From Somniosus microcephalus (lineage: Eukaryota), in the NCBI GenBank assembly GCA_052327205.1, contig CM126204.1, positions 124,062,001 to 124,126,000 on the forward strand: a stretch of DNA of 64,000 bases, in the 5' to 3' direction. A model generated the notes under the pieces. That model did no database searches and was not told the DNA's origin. It worked only from the letters and a program-made list of their open reading frames with translations. The position numbers and the translations under genes are program-made. Shown here one piece after another: positions 1 through 11,565 of the stretch (position 1 is its first letter; each line of letters opens with the position of its first letter).

Positions 1-310
1 AAGAAACTTTAATTAATACTTTGCTTATCAATCTTGTTTTCCTGAAGGATTTTCAGTTTAAAAAAAAATCAGAATAATTCGCCATTTAAAGTAGTCCTTA
101 ATGCAGATGCTGAATACAGAAACTTGTTTAAAGTTTAACAGAGAAGAGACACCCATAGACTGAATGTGCAGGAAAAGCTTCCCATAATGCAGTGTGTAAA
201 CCAGAGCTAACAAACGTCCTGCTGCGTTGAAAACCCCAAAAAGACAAAGGCACAATGAAATAGAGAGCTTACCACCGGCAGCTTTCAAAACGGCAAACTA
301 GGCAAACTAT

Positions 311-458
311 NNNNNNNNNNNNNNNNNNNNNNNNNNNNNNNNNNNNNNNNNNNNNNNNNNNNNNNNNNNNNNNNNNNNNNNNNNNNNNNNNNNNNNNNNN
401 NNNNNNNNNNNNNNNNNNNNNNNNNNNNNNNNNNNNNNNNNNNNNNNNNNNNNNNNNN
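311..458. other. Assembly gap (148 N)
   Basis: Run of N characters. Confidence 0.99.
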
Positions 459-3400
459 AGACCTGGTGCTTTTCAGTTGACTTGCTCATTGAATATTCTG
501 AACTAAAAAGGCTGCAACAGGGGGTTAGCTATGAACTTTTTAACTGGGTAAAATTTATACAAAAGTAAATTAGTGTGACAGCGAAAATATGAGAAAAATT
601 TCTGATTAATTTCCACTTCATAATATCAATGACACCTTTGGTTCCACTTATAGTTCTCCTACAAGGGAAGCTGATAAAGAGTGAATGAAGCTTGTGTTCT
701 TCACAGTGAATGTTTAGTGGTTTTTTAATAGCAATGTACTATATAAAGGCACCAGGAAGTACTCTGCATTAGCAATTGAGATCAGTAGTTAATAGGATGA
801 TGTCTTTTAGCTTTTGTCACAAGATTATTAGGAAGGATAGGTTTTCTGCCTCATCATTCCATGCTTTTAAGGGCCTGTTGAACATAAGTGCTAAAATACA
901 GGTTTCTCGGCACTGTTTTCTGTGTATGGTAAAAGCCTTTTAATGGAACACCTTTTACAGTTTTACCAGGTGATTTTGTCATTGCTCTCTCATCTGCTTC
1001 TCTTGCTGTATTAATTACTTGAAGGGTTCTGCTTTTCACAAGACCCTTGATGTTATCCCTATATACAAAGTAGAAAAGCAACCCTCAAGCAGGCCTTAGC
1101 ATTCCCCATTACTTGTCAGCATTTGTATAATTACATTAGACTTTACCAGTTTTATTCAATGAACATTCTCTATACGTTTGACTATTAGGTGATCAAAAGT
1201 TAATGCTCAGTAAACTGTAATGAGATTTAAATTATTATACTACAGTAAAATGGCAAAGCTATATAATTGTTGATTTTTTTGGGTAATGTTTTGATTATAC
1301 CGATAAAAGGCAGTAATTTTTTGCAACTGGTAACTGAAAAAAGTATTATAATTGTTGTAAATAAAGGAGAAATAAATAAAAATGTTGGATTTGAATGTTC
1401 TCTTGCAACTTAATGATTTAATTGCCCAACTCACCAACAGTAAAAGGGAAAACTACATATTGTAATTTGATTGGCACAACCATTTCTTTTGTTTTGCTTT
1501 CAATTTTACTTTTATTAGTTTTCAGTACAATTCACTGAAAGATAATAGACAAATATATCAAAGAGATTTCTGTTGGTACCATGGCAACAATAGTGTTGTA
1601 GTACCAAGTTGGACAGTATTACATATCGGAGAAAGACAAGTTGCGCAGCTGCATTAAAAGTACTGAGGTCAGAATAATTTTAGGTTTTGTCCAGATTATC
1701 TTTGAGTGTTTGAATAAATAGAAGCATGCAAAAGGGACCATCTGATTCTGTATTCCAGTAATCATTCCTGTTCAGTCATGGGGGGGTGTTTTCCAAGGTA
1801 AGCAAATTGTTAATATTCTTACATATACACTGAGCTTTCCTGTTGTTGACTGAAACATAATTGATAGCAAAGGGTTCTCTTTCCATTTTTCTTGTGATAA
1901 ATCTCCAGGTGAAAAAGAGCGACAGAAAGAGATTTACAGCACTTGACAACATGTGAAGCGAAATTAAATTAGCACTGCCTTTTAAATCTCCCATAGCCAA
2001 GATTTATTTGTTCTAGCTGATGTTATTAGTTCAATCATGTTATCCCTTTATATGCAAAGAAAATGGTGTTTGCTGAGGGGAATTACATACCACTGTAATA
2101 TAGATACAGTACTGTAAAATAAAAATGTGGCTGGCTGTACTTATTTTTCTGTAGCAACATAATTCTCTGTGATAATACACAGTTTGAAGGGCTTAAGAGT
2201 CTTGGAAGTTGCCTGGATTTTTTTCCACACATTGGCATATCTAGCCAGGGAAAGTTAAACAAGCAAAAATGTGTTATGCTCGTTTTTTTGTTTTTTTTAA
2301 ACGCCAACAGTACTAGTTTTAAACAACAAAAGCAGTGTGCTTTCATATCTAATCTTGAGATTAGGTATTGTGACAGAAGCTAAACTGCCTTTTTATGGTG
2401 CCAGAATACAACCTTTTTTCTCCCTAACAAGACTGGTCTACCACCATAGCCCACTCAACGTAATTAAATCAATCCTTTGTACTTGCCATTTTCTCCTCTA
2501 GTGACAGTGCTAGATCTGATTATATGCTTCATGCATATTCAAAGTGTGGTGCTGACAGCTCTTTAATGAGCTCTTACTTAATCAGTAGGAACAATGTCCA
2601 TCTTGTTCTTTTTTTCCCTTAGACATTAGAGGTAGAAACAATCAAGCAAAAATGAAACATAAGGCATTCATCTGCAAAATATTGTTCTTTTAAAAGTATG
2701 TAAGTCTGCTAAGTTACATGCTGCTCCATAAAATTCTGATCAACAAATTGGATTAATGCTATTGGATTAAATAGAAAATGGTTAGAGATGAAATGAGGAG
2801 CCCTTGTTTTGATCAGACATTAATAATTTTTGTAATTTGATAAATCTGTCAAGGTCTTCAATTGGAGTTATTAATAACAGGATTAATTTATCCCTGGTGT
2901 TAGTTACTTTCTGTAAGCCTTTTATTTTGAAACAAAGACTTAAATGAGTATATCAATTTCTAAACTGAGAAATAATTAGTTCTTTTTTAAAAATCTTGCA
3001 TGATTGTTTTGATAAATTTCATTTTGATACATCTTTGCATGGACAACTTTCCATCAATACTACATATCTATTTATAAGGTGCATTAAAAAGAACAAAATA
3101 CATTTCAAAAAATGTCATCTTATGGATTGAGAGCTGTTACTATTTATGCACATGTGTTATTTTGTTAATCAAACAGGACTTTGGAACCATAAACCTGCAG
3201 TATTCGCAATCACAAGTCTTTCCTCCTCCACCACCATTCTTTTATCTTCGATATTTCTCCTTTTGTTACTGCCCAGGGATTTGTGCCCATTGTAACCATC
3301 ACATAACTGGTGTTGGTTTGACTTGCCTACATATGACTACAGTTACTGCTATGTCGATGTGACATTTAAAAAAAAAACTGTAATCTTTTATTCATGTCAA

Positions 3401-4646
3401 GGAAAAACATGTACATTTTGCATCAGATGGGATATAAAACTCATTGCTTTCAAAATGAAATTGCGCTGTTGAGAAGAGTACTTTGAGACAATTATATAAT
3501 TGTCTGTTGAACTTTGTTTTAATTCTGTATCTCTGTCTTAAGTTTTAGCTGCTGGCTTCTTAGTGCATTAGTTCAACAAAGTAATGAGTTTGTACAAAAT
3601 GCTGCTGATTTGGAAAATAACTTTTTCACTGTCAACTATTTGTTATAGTTGTTTTGATGGGTATACTTAGACTGAAATTTAAAACAGAAACAGAAAAAAA
3701 ATAAAGTTTAATGTAATTTCTTTCTTGGAAAAAGGATTGTTTTTCTGGAATTTATAGCCAGCTTTGTTTTGAAGAATGTATTTGTTATGGTCAAAATAGA
3801 CTAAATGGTTAAAATAGACTAAAAGGTTGTGATGAACAAATGTAATATTTGCAAAGTATGACCCCCCCCCACCCAGCAAAACAAATTGGTAGGATTACTA
3901 TTAATGTTGTATAGTTTAATCTAATTTGTTTCTTTCTGTCTGTGGCAATCATATGCATGGTCTAATTTGTAAATTTGTGTAGTTTAAAATGAGCTGCTTT
4001 ATTGACAGGTATTGACATCTGCATCATTACTCCCATGGTTTACTTCAAAAGTAAATTATCTGCAGTTTTTTATAGCTAACGGAATGTTCAGCTAATACAT
4101 AGACGATATTTGGAGCAGGGTGCCTCAATGAAAGTGTTCATTAGCTAATGGGCACTGAAGTAAAATACTCTCTCAAGTGAAAACATTTATTCAGCATTTG
4201 AAAAGTAAATCAATTTAAAATTGATTATTTTCTGTTGTCTTTTTGCTGCATAGCTTTATTTTCTTAGCATAAACCATTTGGAAGTTATTGTGAAGGAGAG
4301 AGAAGTAGTTGCCTTTTCACTGCAGTGTTGCAACCAAATTGTTACAGCTCCTCTATTCAATAGTTGTGAATATAATGAGGAGATAGTCATGTAAAATAGG
4401 AAATGCAGTTATAAGTACATTTTGATTTCTGAATTCCAATGTAGCCTTCACACTTTGACCTTTTAAAAACCAACTGTAGAAAAAAAACTTGCATTGTTAT
4501 AGCAGAACTCTATATTCTATTTTTAAAATAGCAAATTTAGAAATTTCTTTAGTTTGTGCCAGTGGAGATGGTCTTACTCATCACCTTAATAGTCTTATTT
4601 TCATTTTTTTAAATTTTATCTCTTCTATTTTTTTTTAATAGCGGTA

Positions 4647-5264
4647 GGGCAACTAGCTAGTGCAGTGGTTTAAAAGATTGACCTTTCACCAGTGAGATCA
4701 TGAGTTTGAACCCAGCACAGAATGATTGGATGGAAATTTCTTCTCTTTGCTGGCTTTAATGGTCCTATGTTAAATGTCTTTTGGCAGTCTCTAGTGGGCA
4801 GAGGCCAATAGGACAAAATTACTCACAGTTCAACACAAATTGGCAGTCTCAAGATGTATTTACACTACAAGCTTAGATTTGGTGCAAATCGGTTTCTACC
4901 TCTCACTGATGGTAAACCTGTGTAGTGTAAGTGGAGAGTTACAGCCTGAACTAATTGGAAACAAAGCAAAGCGAGATCTCCCTCTTCCAGGGAGTCTCGT
5001 ACTGCTTCGCTCCAGTGTTAGGTCAGGTACAGGCAAAACTGCTTTGCACCAATGCTGCAGTTATAGTGTAAATGTTCCCTATTCAGCTATAAGGATTGTT
5101 GGTGTGAGAAATAGAAATTGTGGGGGGTGGGGCGGAAGCTTTGCCTTGTACTTCGTCTAAACTTCAATGCTAAAACTGAGTACTTAAAATGGAAAATTAT
5201 TCCATTCTACAGGGCTGATATTCTTCAATTTGATGAGAATAAATGGTGAAATAAAAAAGAAAAA
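4647..5264 (+). mobile_element. tRNA-derived SINE resembling LF-SINE, degraded, apparently near full length
   Basis: A-box-like TAGTGCAGTGG (4658) and B-box-like GTTTGAACCC (4704). Colinear blocks CCTTTCACC, TGGCT..CCTATGTTAAATG, CTAGTGGGCAG, ACAAAA..TCACA..AATTGGCAGTCTCA, GGAAGCTTTG and CAGGGCTG match my recollection of the LF-SINE consensus. A-rich 3' end. Confidence 0.6.
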
Positions 5265-5804
5265 GTAGCCTCTTTATTAGCAGTACAACTCGCCTGGTAG
5301 TGATGCCATCAGCGGCCATTTTACTTGTGGGCTGGAAAAATGAGATTTTATGATGCAGGAGTCATAGCAAATTTGTTTAATCCTGCAGGAGTAGTAAGAA
5401 AGTGTTATCTTATCTCAGAAATACATCTGAAGAGGTTCGAAAATTCTATTTTATACCAGACTAGCATCTACATGGATTAGCAAAACATAATTCAAAGAGC
5501 AGGAAAGGTTGTCACTAAATCATCTGAGTTACAGAAGGATTGTAAAATTTACAGTGACATCAGTGGGAAACTTTACTGATTCTGAGATACGATTAATCAT
5601 GGCTTCCAGATGTACACCAGTATCTTGCACAGGCAAGGATTAAAATCAACAGAAAAGAGGAATCTTAATTGCTTTCTCTGTACTGATTTTGGATTTTCCC
5701 CCTGCTCTGCGGTCAACTACACTGAGTCAAGATGAGCTCCCATTTGATTAGCTTCCTTTTGCCCATTATGTCTCTGCGTTTTGAAATACTTGGATAATGC
5801 TCCA

Positions 5805-6143
5805 GGGCAGCACGGTGGCATAGTGGTTAGCACTGTTGCCTCACAGCGCCAGGGACCCGGGTTCGAATCCGGCCTTGGGCGACTGTCTGTGTGGAGTTTG
5901 CACATTCTCCCCGTGTTTGCGTGGGTTTCCTCCGGGTGCTCCGGTTTCCTCCCACAGTCCAAAGATGTGCGGGTTAGGTTGATTGGCTATGATAAATTGA
6001 CCCTTAGTGTTAGGGGGATTAAATGGGGATATGTGTTGGTGTAGGGGTTACGGGGATTGGGTGGGATATGTGTCGGTGCAGGCTCGATGGGCCGAAATGG
6101 GCTCTATCTGCACTGTGGGGTTTCTGTGATCTGTGATTTCTGT
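5805..6143 (+). mobile_element. HE1-type V-SINE (elasmobranch tRNA-derived SINE)
   Basis: tRNA head GGCAGCACGGTGGCATAGTGG..GGGTTCGAATCC; V-domain GGGTTTCCTCCGGGTGCTCCGGTTTCCTCCCACAGTCCAAAGA; CR1-like tail GGCTCGATGGGCCGAAATGG with short terminal repeats. Confidence 0.88.
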
Positions 6144-6715
6144 GCGACAAACTGCACTCGTTTTGGAGAGAACACCAGTCGGGGTGGGAGCAAGAACAAG
6201 AAAAGTGAAAGCATCTAGTAAAATGTTATAGTTTGGGGATTTTTATTCATAATTAGAAACAAAGTTCAAATACCAGCTGTCGGTCTGGGCTGGACTGCTG
6301 TATAGAACAGTTGTAGCAAAAAGTAAACCGATAGATCCAGCTGCACAGAAGTGCAAATTTCTTTAAGCCAACCAAAGTGCCATGTCAGCCATGGAAATAT
6401 CCACAACCTAGAACTTCCTGCTTTGTTATCCAAAGGAACTTGGAGGAAAGTGTAGTGTGGCTGGCAACAGATGGATATAAGGGGATGACGATAAGGTGAA
6501 ATGTAAGTGAATGAAAAGGATAGTAGAGGTCAGTCAACTATTCATGCCTGTAAGCTTTACAATAATGTCCTGTAAATCGATAAATGCTGCACAATTATAG
6601 CTTCTGAAGTTATTTGTTGAAATATGATTGTTGCAAGATTTCATTTACAGCTAGCTGGCTGTTGGGTTGTTCCTGATTTTAAGCCTTTATATAATTCTGT
6701 TCCTCTGTTTTTCAG

Positions 6716-6815
6716 GAAACAATAAAGAGGAGGAAGAAGCAATGATGCAAGAGTGGTTTGTGTTGGTGAATAAGAAGAATGCCTTGATACGACGACAGAA
6801 CCAGCTTTCACTTTT
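6716..6815 (+). CDS. EHBP1: EHBP1 coding exon (bMERB domain): (G)[32 protein letters not shown](L)
   Basis: TTTTCAG acceptor, GTAAG donor, 100 bp; peptide nearly identical to the vertebrate EHBP1 C-terminus; phase joins the next exon (TT+G = Leu). Confidence 0.96.
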
Positions 6816-7199
6816 GTAAGTGCAAAGAAAACTAAACAAATAACCAGTGTATTTTGTCAAGTTGTATAATAATCTACATGAATGTAAAGCTGCATTTATA
6901 TGTCCATTTACTTTATTTACACGGAACTTTATTTCTCTCTGTTGTTAAAGGTTACTTGATTAGAATGTGTTTGTGAAATTCAGAAATAATGTTTATCAAT
7001 TGACAAGCAAAGCTCAATAATGTGGCACATCTGCAACATTCATTCTTGTTACTTTTATAATTCAATTTTAAATATTATATGATTTCTACTAATACCTAAT
7101 TTCACACTGTTTGAAAAGGGTGTGAGATTGGGTATTAGTAGGATTCTTTTCTTGGTTAGTGTAAGGATGTTGGTTTGTATTTTCATGAAGTTGTATAAA

Positions 7200-9449
7200 G
7201 AATGATTTGCATTTCTAGTGCTTCAAGTGCAGAGAAAACATCGCCAAAGTGCTTTTCAGGATGATGGACAAAGATGGGCCACGAAGCAGGGGGAGGAAAA
7301 GGAAATAGAGGGATGGGGTGGCAAAACATAGTGGAAGAGAAGCGCCTTAAGGAGGAAGGTGATGTGGGAGAGATACTAAGGAAGAGAGTTCCGGGGGCAT
7401 GCACATATGGCTGAAGAATTGAACAGAGGGAGCCAGGAACAAGGAATGGAGCAGAGTGAGTGTGCAGGGATTTGATTGTTGAGGTAGGATAGGGCAAAGC
7501 TACTGAGGAAAGCTCCAGCTCATCCAGGTCTTCCTGTTAGACAGGCAAGAGGTTGCAGAGAGTGGTAACGGCCTTGAGGGGATGATCAATGGTGGAGGCA
7601 GAATTGAGCCGAGGATCATCAACATACGTGTGGATGCTGATCCCATGCTTCTTGATAATGTTGCCATGGTATAACATATAAATGATGAAGAGGAAGGGTC
7701 AAGGATGGAGCCCTGGGGTATACCAGAGCTGACCATGCAGGCATAGGCAGAGAATCCATTGGAGGTGATATAGTACAAATGATGCAACAAGTAGGAGTCA
7801 GAGAGCAATGCAACAAAGGTGGACTGTAGAAGAGAGACAATTGAGGAGGAGGCTTTGGGCTGAGCAAAGGTAGCAGAGGAGGATCAGGAGGGACAGGTGG
7901 TCACATTCACACTCGCAAGCACAGGATGCCGTTTTCATGGCGACAGTGCTGTGGGCAAGGCAGGATAACAAACTGGGAATGGTGGGAGTGTAATTGCAAG
8001 ACCATAATTCATTCCAGAGAGAAAGGGAGCATTGGAGATGAGCCGTGATTGGACATAATGGAGGGGGTCAAGAGTAGGTTTTTAGAGATGAAGGATATTA
8101 ATGGCAGTTTTGAAGGATGTAGCAACCATGCTGGAAGATAGCAGCAGGTTGATGATGTCGACGCGCATGGAGCTAAGGACAGCAAGCTGGGACAGATGGT
8201 GTTTGAGGAAGCACATGGTGGACTTCATGGTTGCGAGGTGGTTAGTACGGTCTGATGGGGAGGTGGAGGATAAACTGGAGTAATGCAGGTGAGGACTTAG
8301 TTGGGAGATGGACTGGGAACAGGAAAGTAGAGGAGTCACTGAGGCAGAGGCAGCAGAATGGATGATCTTGTTTTGGGACATGAAGACATCCATGAAGTCT
8401 TCGCATTTGATGTCAAAGGTGAGGATGGAGAGTACAGTGGGGTGAGGTCGGAGGCAATTGTTAGAGATGTGCCCACAGGATGATATGTGGAACGGGAGTG
8501 ACTAGCCTTTGATGTATCCATGCCACATTTGACAATGGATAGCCAGAGTGGTTACTAGCCAAGATTGCTTAAGGTTACGGGCTATGGACTGGCTGTTGTA
8601 CCAATGGAGATGGTGGAGAAAGTGATCTAATGGGGATAAAGTGGGAATAAGACATTTTTTCAGATCAGTGGAGGTATTGGTATCATCATAAGTAGATCAA
8701 AGTTACGGTGAGATGCGAGTTGACATTTGTGAGGGAGTTGATGTGTAATTTTTTCCCAGGGGAGGAGAATGAGAGTGGAGGGGTTTGGCAGATGCAGAGG
8801 GATAAGTAGGAGAAGGGAGATCAGGAAAAGATTGGAGAGGATGTCAGTAACCGAGACCTAAGAGGTATCAAGACGCTGTATGATGCAAGGTCTAAGGGCA
8901 GGCCATTTGTGTGGGGGCATTGATGGGAGGGGAGACAAAGGAAGTCAGCTACGGTGTGAGAGGGTGAGCTAAGATGGAGGTTGAAATCACCAAGGATTCC
9001 CTTGGCGCAAGGACAGGGGGCAGAAAGGAGATAGGAGATTTCAGTGAGCAAGACACCTATCTGCCCTGGGGTGGGGCACTTAGATAAGGAGGACATGAAA
9101 GGAGTGGAGGAGGCTAAAGTGTTCAACTGTGGAAAAGGAACCAGAGGAATAAGGGGAAAGAACAAAGTAGGATTTGTAGATAAGTGCTACGCTAGCAACG
9201 TGACAGTTTACGTGGGGGACATGGTATAACGTCATGCCAAGTGGGCAGTCTTGGCGAAACAGATTTCAGTAAATCAAGATGTTGATGCACTCCTCCAGGA
9301 TGAGGTCATGTATGGAGAGGACCTTATTTGCAAGAAGGCAGATAATTTGTAGGATAAAGCGTAGTTGGCTGGAGACTCATCAGGGCAACAAGGAGACTTG
9401 ATTGGGGGTCAGAAAGGGCAAGTGAAGAAGCAGGAGGATGGAGAGAAGG
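7200..9449 (-). mobile_element. Degraded L2-clade LINE (RT and AP endonuclease remnants)
   Basis: Minus-strand fragments SSGIPQGSILDP (RT), SFKTAI and GILGDFNLHLS..GLPLDL (APE); reverse-complement L2 tail near 7205; many stops and frameshifts. Confidence 0.8.
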
Positions 9450-9523
9450 TTTGAATTATATGGAAAATGGTGGAAATACTCAGCAGGTCAGGCAGCATCT
9501 GTGGAGCGAGAAACAGAGTCAAT

Positions 9524-11388
9524 GGCCCTGATTTTCTGCCAGCCGTCGGGCGGCTTTCCAGGCAGCCGGGGGCTGAAAATCACCGAAAAAGTGGGTCGCT
9601 CCCCCCCCCACCCGCCTGATTCCCCACCCCATCCGACTTTCGGACCGCCGTTTCCCCGCGACCCGCTTCAGTCCCGCCCGCCGCTGGCGGGACTGGCCGT
9701 CGGAACACTAATAAGCAATTATTACCTTGTTTAAGTCGATTTTCAGGGGCCGTTGCGATTTTGGGGCTTTCCCCACATCAAACACGCCTGCGGGGAACCC
9801 CGCTGATGAAACCTGGCGTGAAGCTTGCCGGCTTGCTTGCTGCCAGCTGCAGGTCATTCGGAAAAGCTGCGATTTAAAGGGACAGCACTTGTATGTTGAA
9901 GGACCTTGTTGCTGAAGGCTTGGGGCTACTTCTTCAAGGCTTAGGCACAGCTGTGGAAGGTTGGAGCCTCACAAACTTCTCCAATGTGATCTCCTGAGAA
10001 GCCCCTCTCGCCACCCTCACTCAGCGCTTCCTCAGCGGAGGCATCTACGAGAAGCATGGGACGCCTTTTTTCCTTCCCTTGCCATTAGAGGATCTCCAGC
10101 AGCAGAGGCGGCAGCAGCAGAACCAGGAACAGCACGATGAGCACCAGGCTGCTGCTCACTCACCTGAAGCTGCACAGGCCAGAAGGGGCCAGCGCTTGGA
10201 AGTGGCTTGAGAACACCTTGCTGCGCTTTAGGGGGCCATGGGGACCCGTTTCTGCACTGGCAGTCCTACTCAGAAGGACTTCCATGAAAGTCTGGTTTCT
10301 CTGTTCAATAGATGGCCAACGCTCCTCAAGAGATGTCATTCTCTTATGAGCACTCACCATATTTTCCGTACCCTGGCGAGTTATCTCCTCCATGGAGGTT
10401 GCCAACCTTTCCATGGTGATGCGTTCATGCGCCAATGACTCCACAAAGGCTCTGCTTATGCTCGCTATGGACTCCTCCATTTGCTCCACACTCGCAGCGA
10501 CCCTGGAGACAAAACCTGCCAGAGACTCCTGCATCTGTGCATGGAGATCCATCACCTCTTCTCTTGCGGATGGACCCAGAGGGCAGAGGGCCGACATGCA
10601 GCGCAGCTGATCTGAGCTGGCAGAGTCCTGCGCCCTCCGACGAGGACTCTCCACTGCTGTCCCTGTCTCCAGAATCTGCTGAGGCTCACTTGTGAGCTGT
10701 GAAACACCAGGTGACAACACTACTCTATGTCCCAAATGTCCCCCCGAGGTGTGAGTGTCTGCGCTGGTGCTGGGTGCGCTTACTTCTGCTGACGCTGCGC
10801 CCTGAGTGGTTGGAGCTTCCTCTGAGGAGTCTGGCTGCACAGCCTCTTCCTCCTCCACAGTGAGGACGGGGGCTCTGGATGGTACTGTGGGGGAGTAAAG
10901 GAAGGAGTTAGAGATGTGATGCCAAGGTGACATGCACATTCGAGTTGACATCTGCTGACACCTGCATCCATGCAGCCTTGGTCTCAGTGGGAGGCCTCTT
11001 CCTGCCTGACCTAGGGAAGAGGACCTCCCTGTGGGCCCTAACCCCATCCAATAATGCCTGCAGTGAAGCTTTGTCGAATTTGAAGGCAGCTCGGGGTCTG
11101 GCACTGGCCACAGCTGCTGCAGGCTCCTCTGCCATCCTGTATGGTTCGTTTGGAAGCCTTCAGAGGATGCAGTGCTTGCTATGGACCTTGAAAGCACCAC
11201 GAATTATGACATCATACTGTGGGGCTTTCTGACTAGAAATGGACAATTAGCAAGGCTGCCCACATGCTGGGAATTAATTGGCCACTTGAGGGAAAATTGC
11301 GTGGAGCTGGCTGACATTTTTTTGTGTGTCAGAACCCCACATTCGGGGGAATCCGACCATTTCCCACACAAGCCACAAAATCGGGCCC
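9524..11388. mobile_element. Non-autonomous PIF/Harbinger DNA transposon (internally deleted) with Myb/SANT-like gene remnant
   Basis: TIRs GGCCCTGATTTT / AAAATCGGGCCC (10/12 match); 3-bp TSD AAT (9521-9523, 11389-11391); removing it restores the host repeat exactly; GC-rich interior. Confidence 0.85.
10160..11135 (-). pseudogene. Harbinger Myb/SANT-like DNA-binding protein remnant
   Basis: ORF 10908-11135 RAAFKFDKASLQALLDGVRAHREVLFP..TKAAWMQVSADVNS resembles the Myb_DNA-bind_5/MSANTD N-terminus; an acidic Ser/Thr-rich and coiled-coil-like segment follows in another frame (part of ORF 10160-11200). Confidence 0.7.
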
Positions 11389-11565
11389 AATGTTTCAGGT
11401 CGATGACCTTTCGTCAGAACATTCTGACAAAGGGTCATCAACCTGAAACACTGAATCTGTTTCTCTCTTCACAGATGCTGCCTGACCTGCTGAGTATTTC
11501 CACCATTTTCTGTTTTTATTTCGGATTTCCAGCACCTGCAGTATTTTGCTTTTGAATTATATGGA

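Larger units (their letters stand above)
9465..11550. mobile_element. Palindromic (inverted pair) Penelope-like terminal-repeat insertion, ~218 bp once the nested Harbinger is removed, with two degenerate hammerhead motifs
   Basis: Left arm 9463-9523 + 11392-11420 is the reverse complement of 11421-11510; flanked by the direct repeat TTTGAATTATATGGA (9450-9464, 11551-11565); CTGACGA..GAAAC core on the minus strand and CTGACAA..GAAAC on the plus strand. Confidence 0.75.

Noticed and set aside
307-489. 60-aa ORF
   Set aside because: Artefact of translating through the N gap.
5805-5875. tRNA gene (also at 4647, 35628 and 59452)
   Set aside because: A/B boxes continue into SINE bodies and tails; no intact cloverleaf.
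10160-11200. 346-aa ORF as a novel host gene
   Set aside because: Lies wholly inside a TIR/TSD-bounded Harbinger element; its N-terminal part is an alternative frame of the Myb segment.
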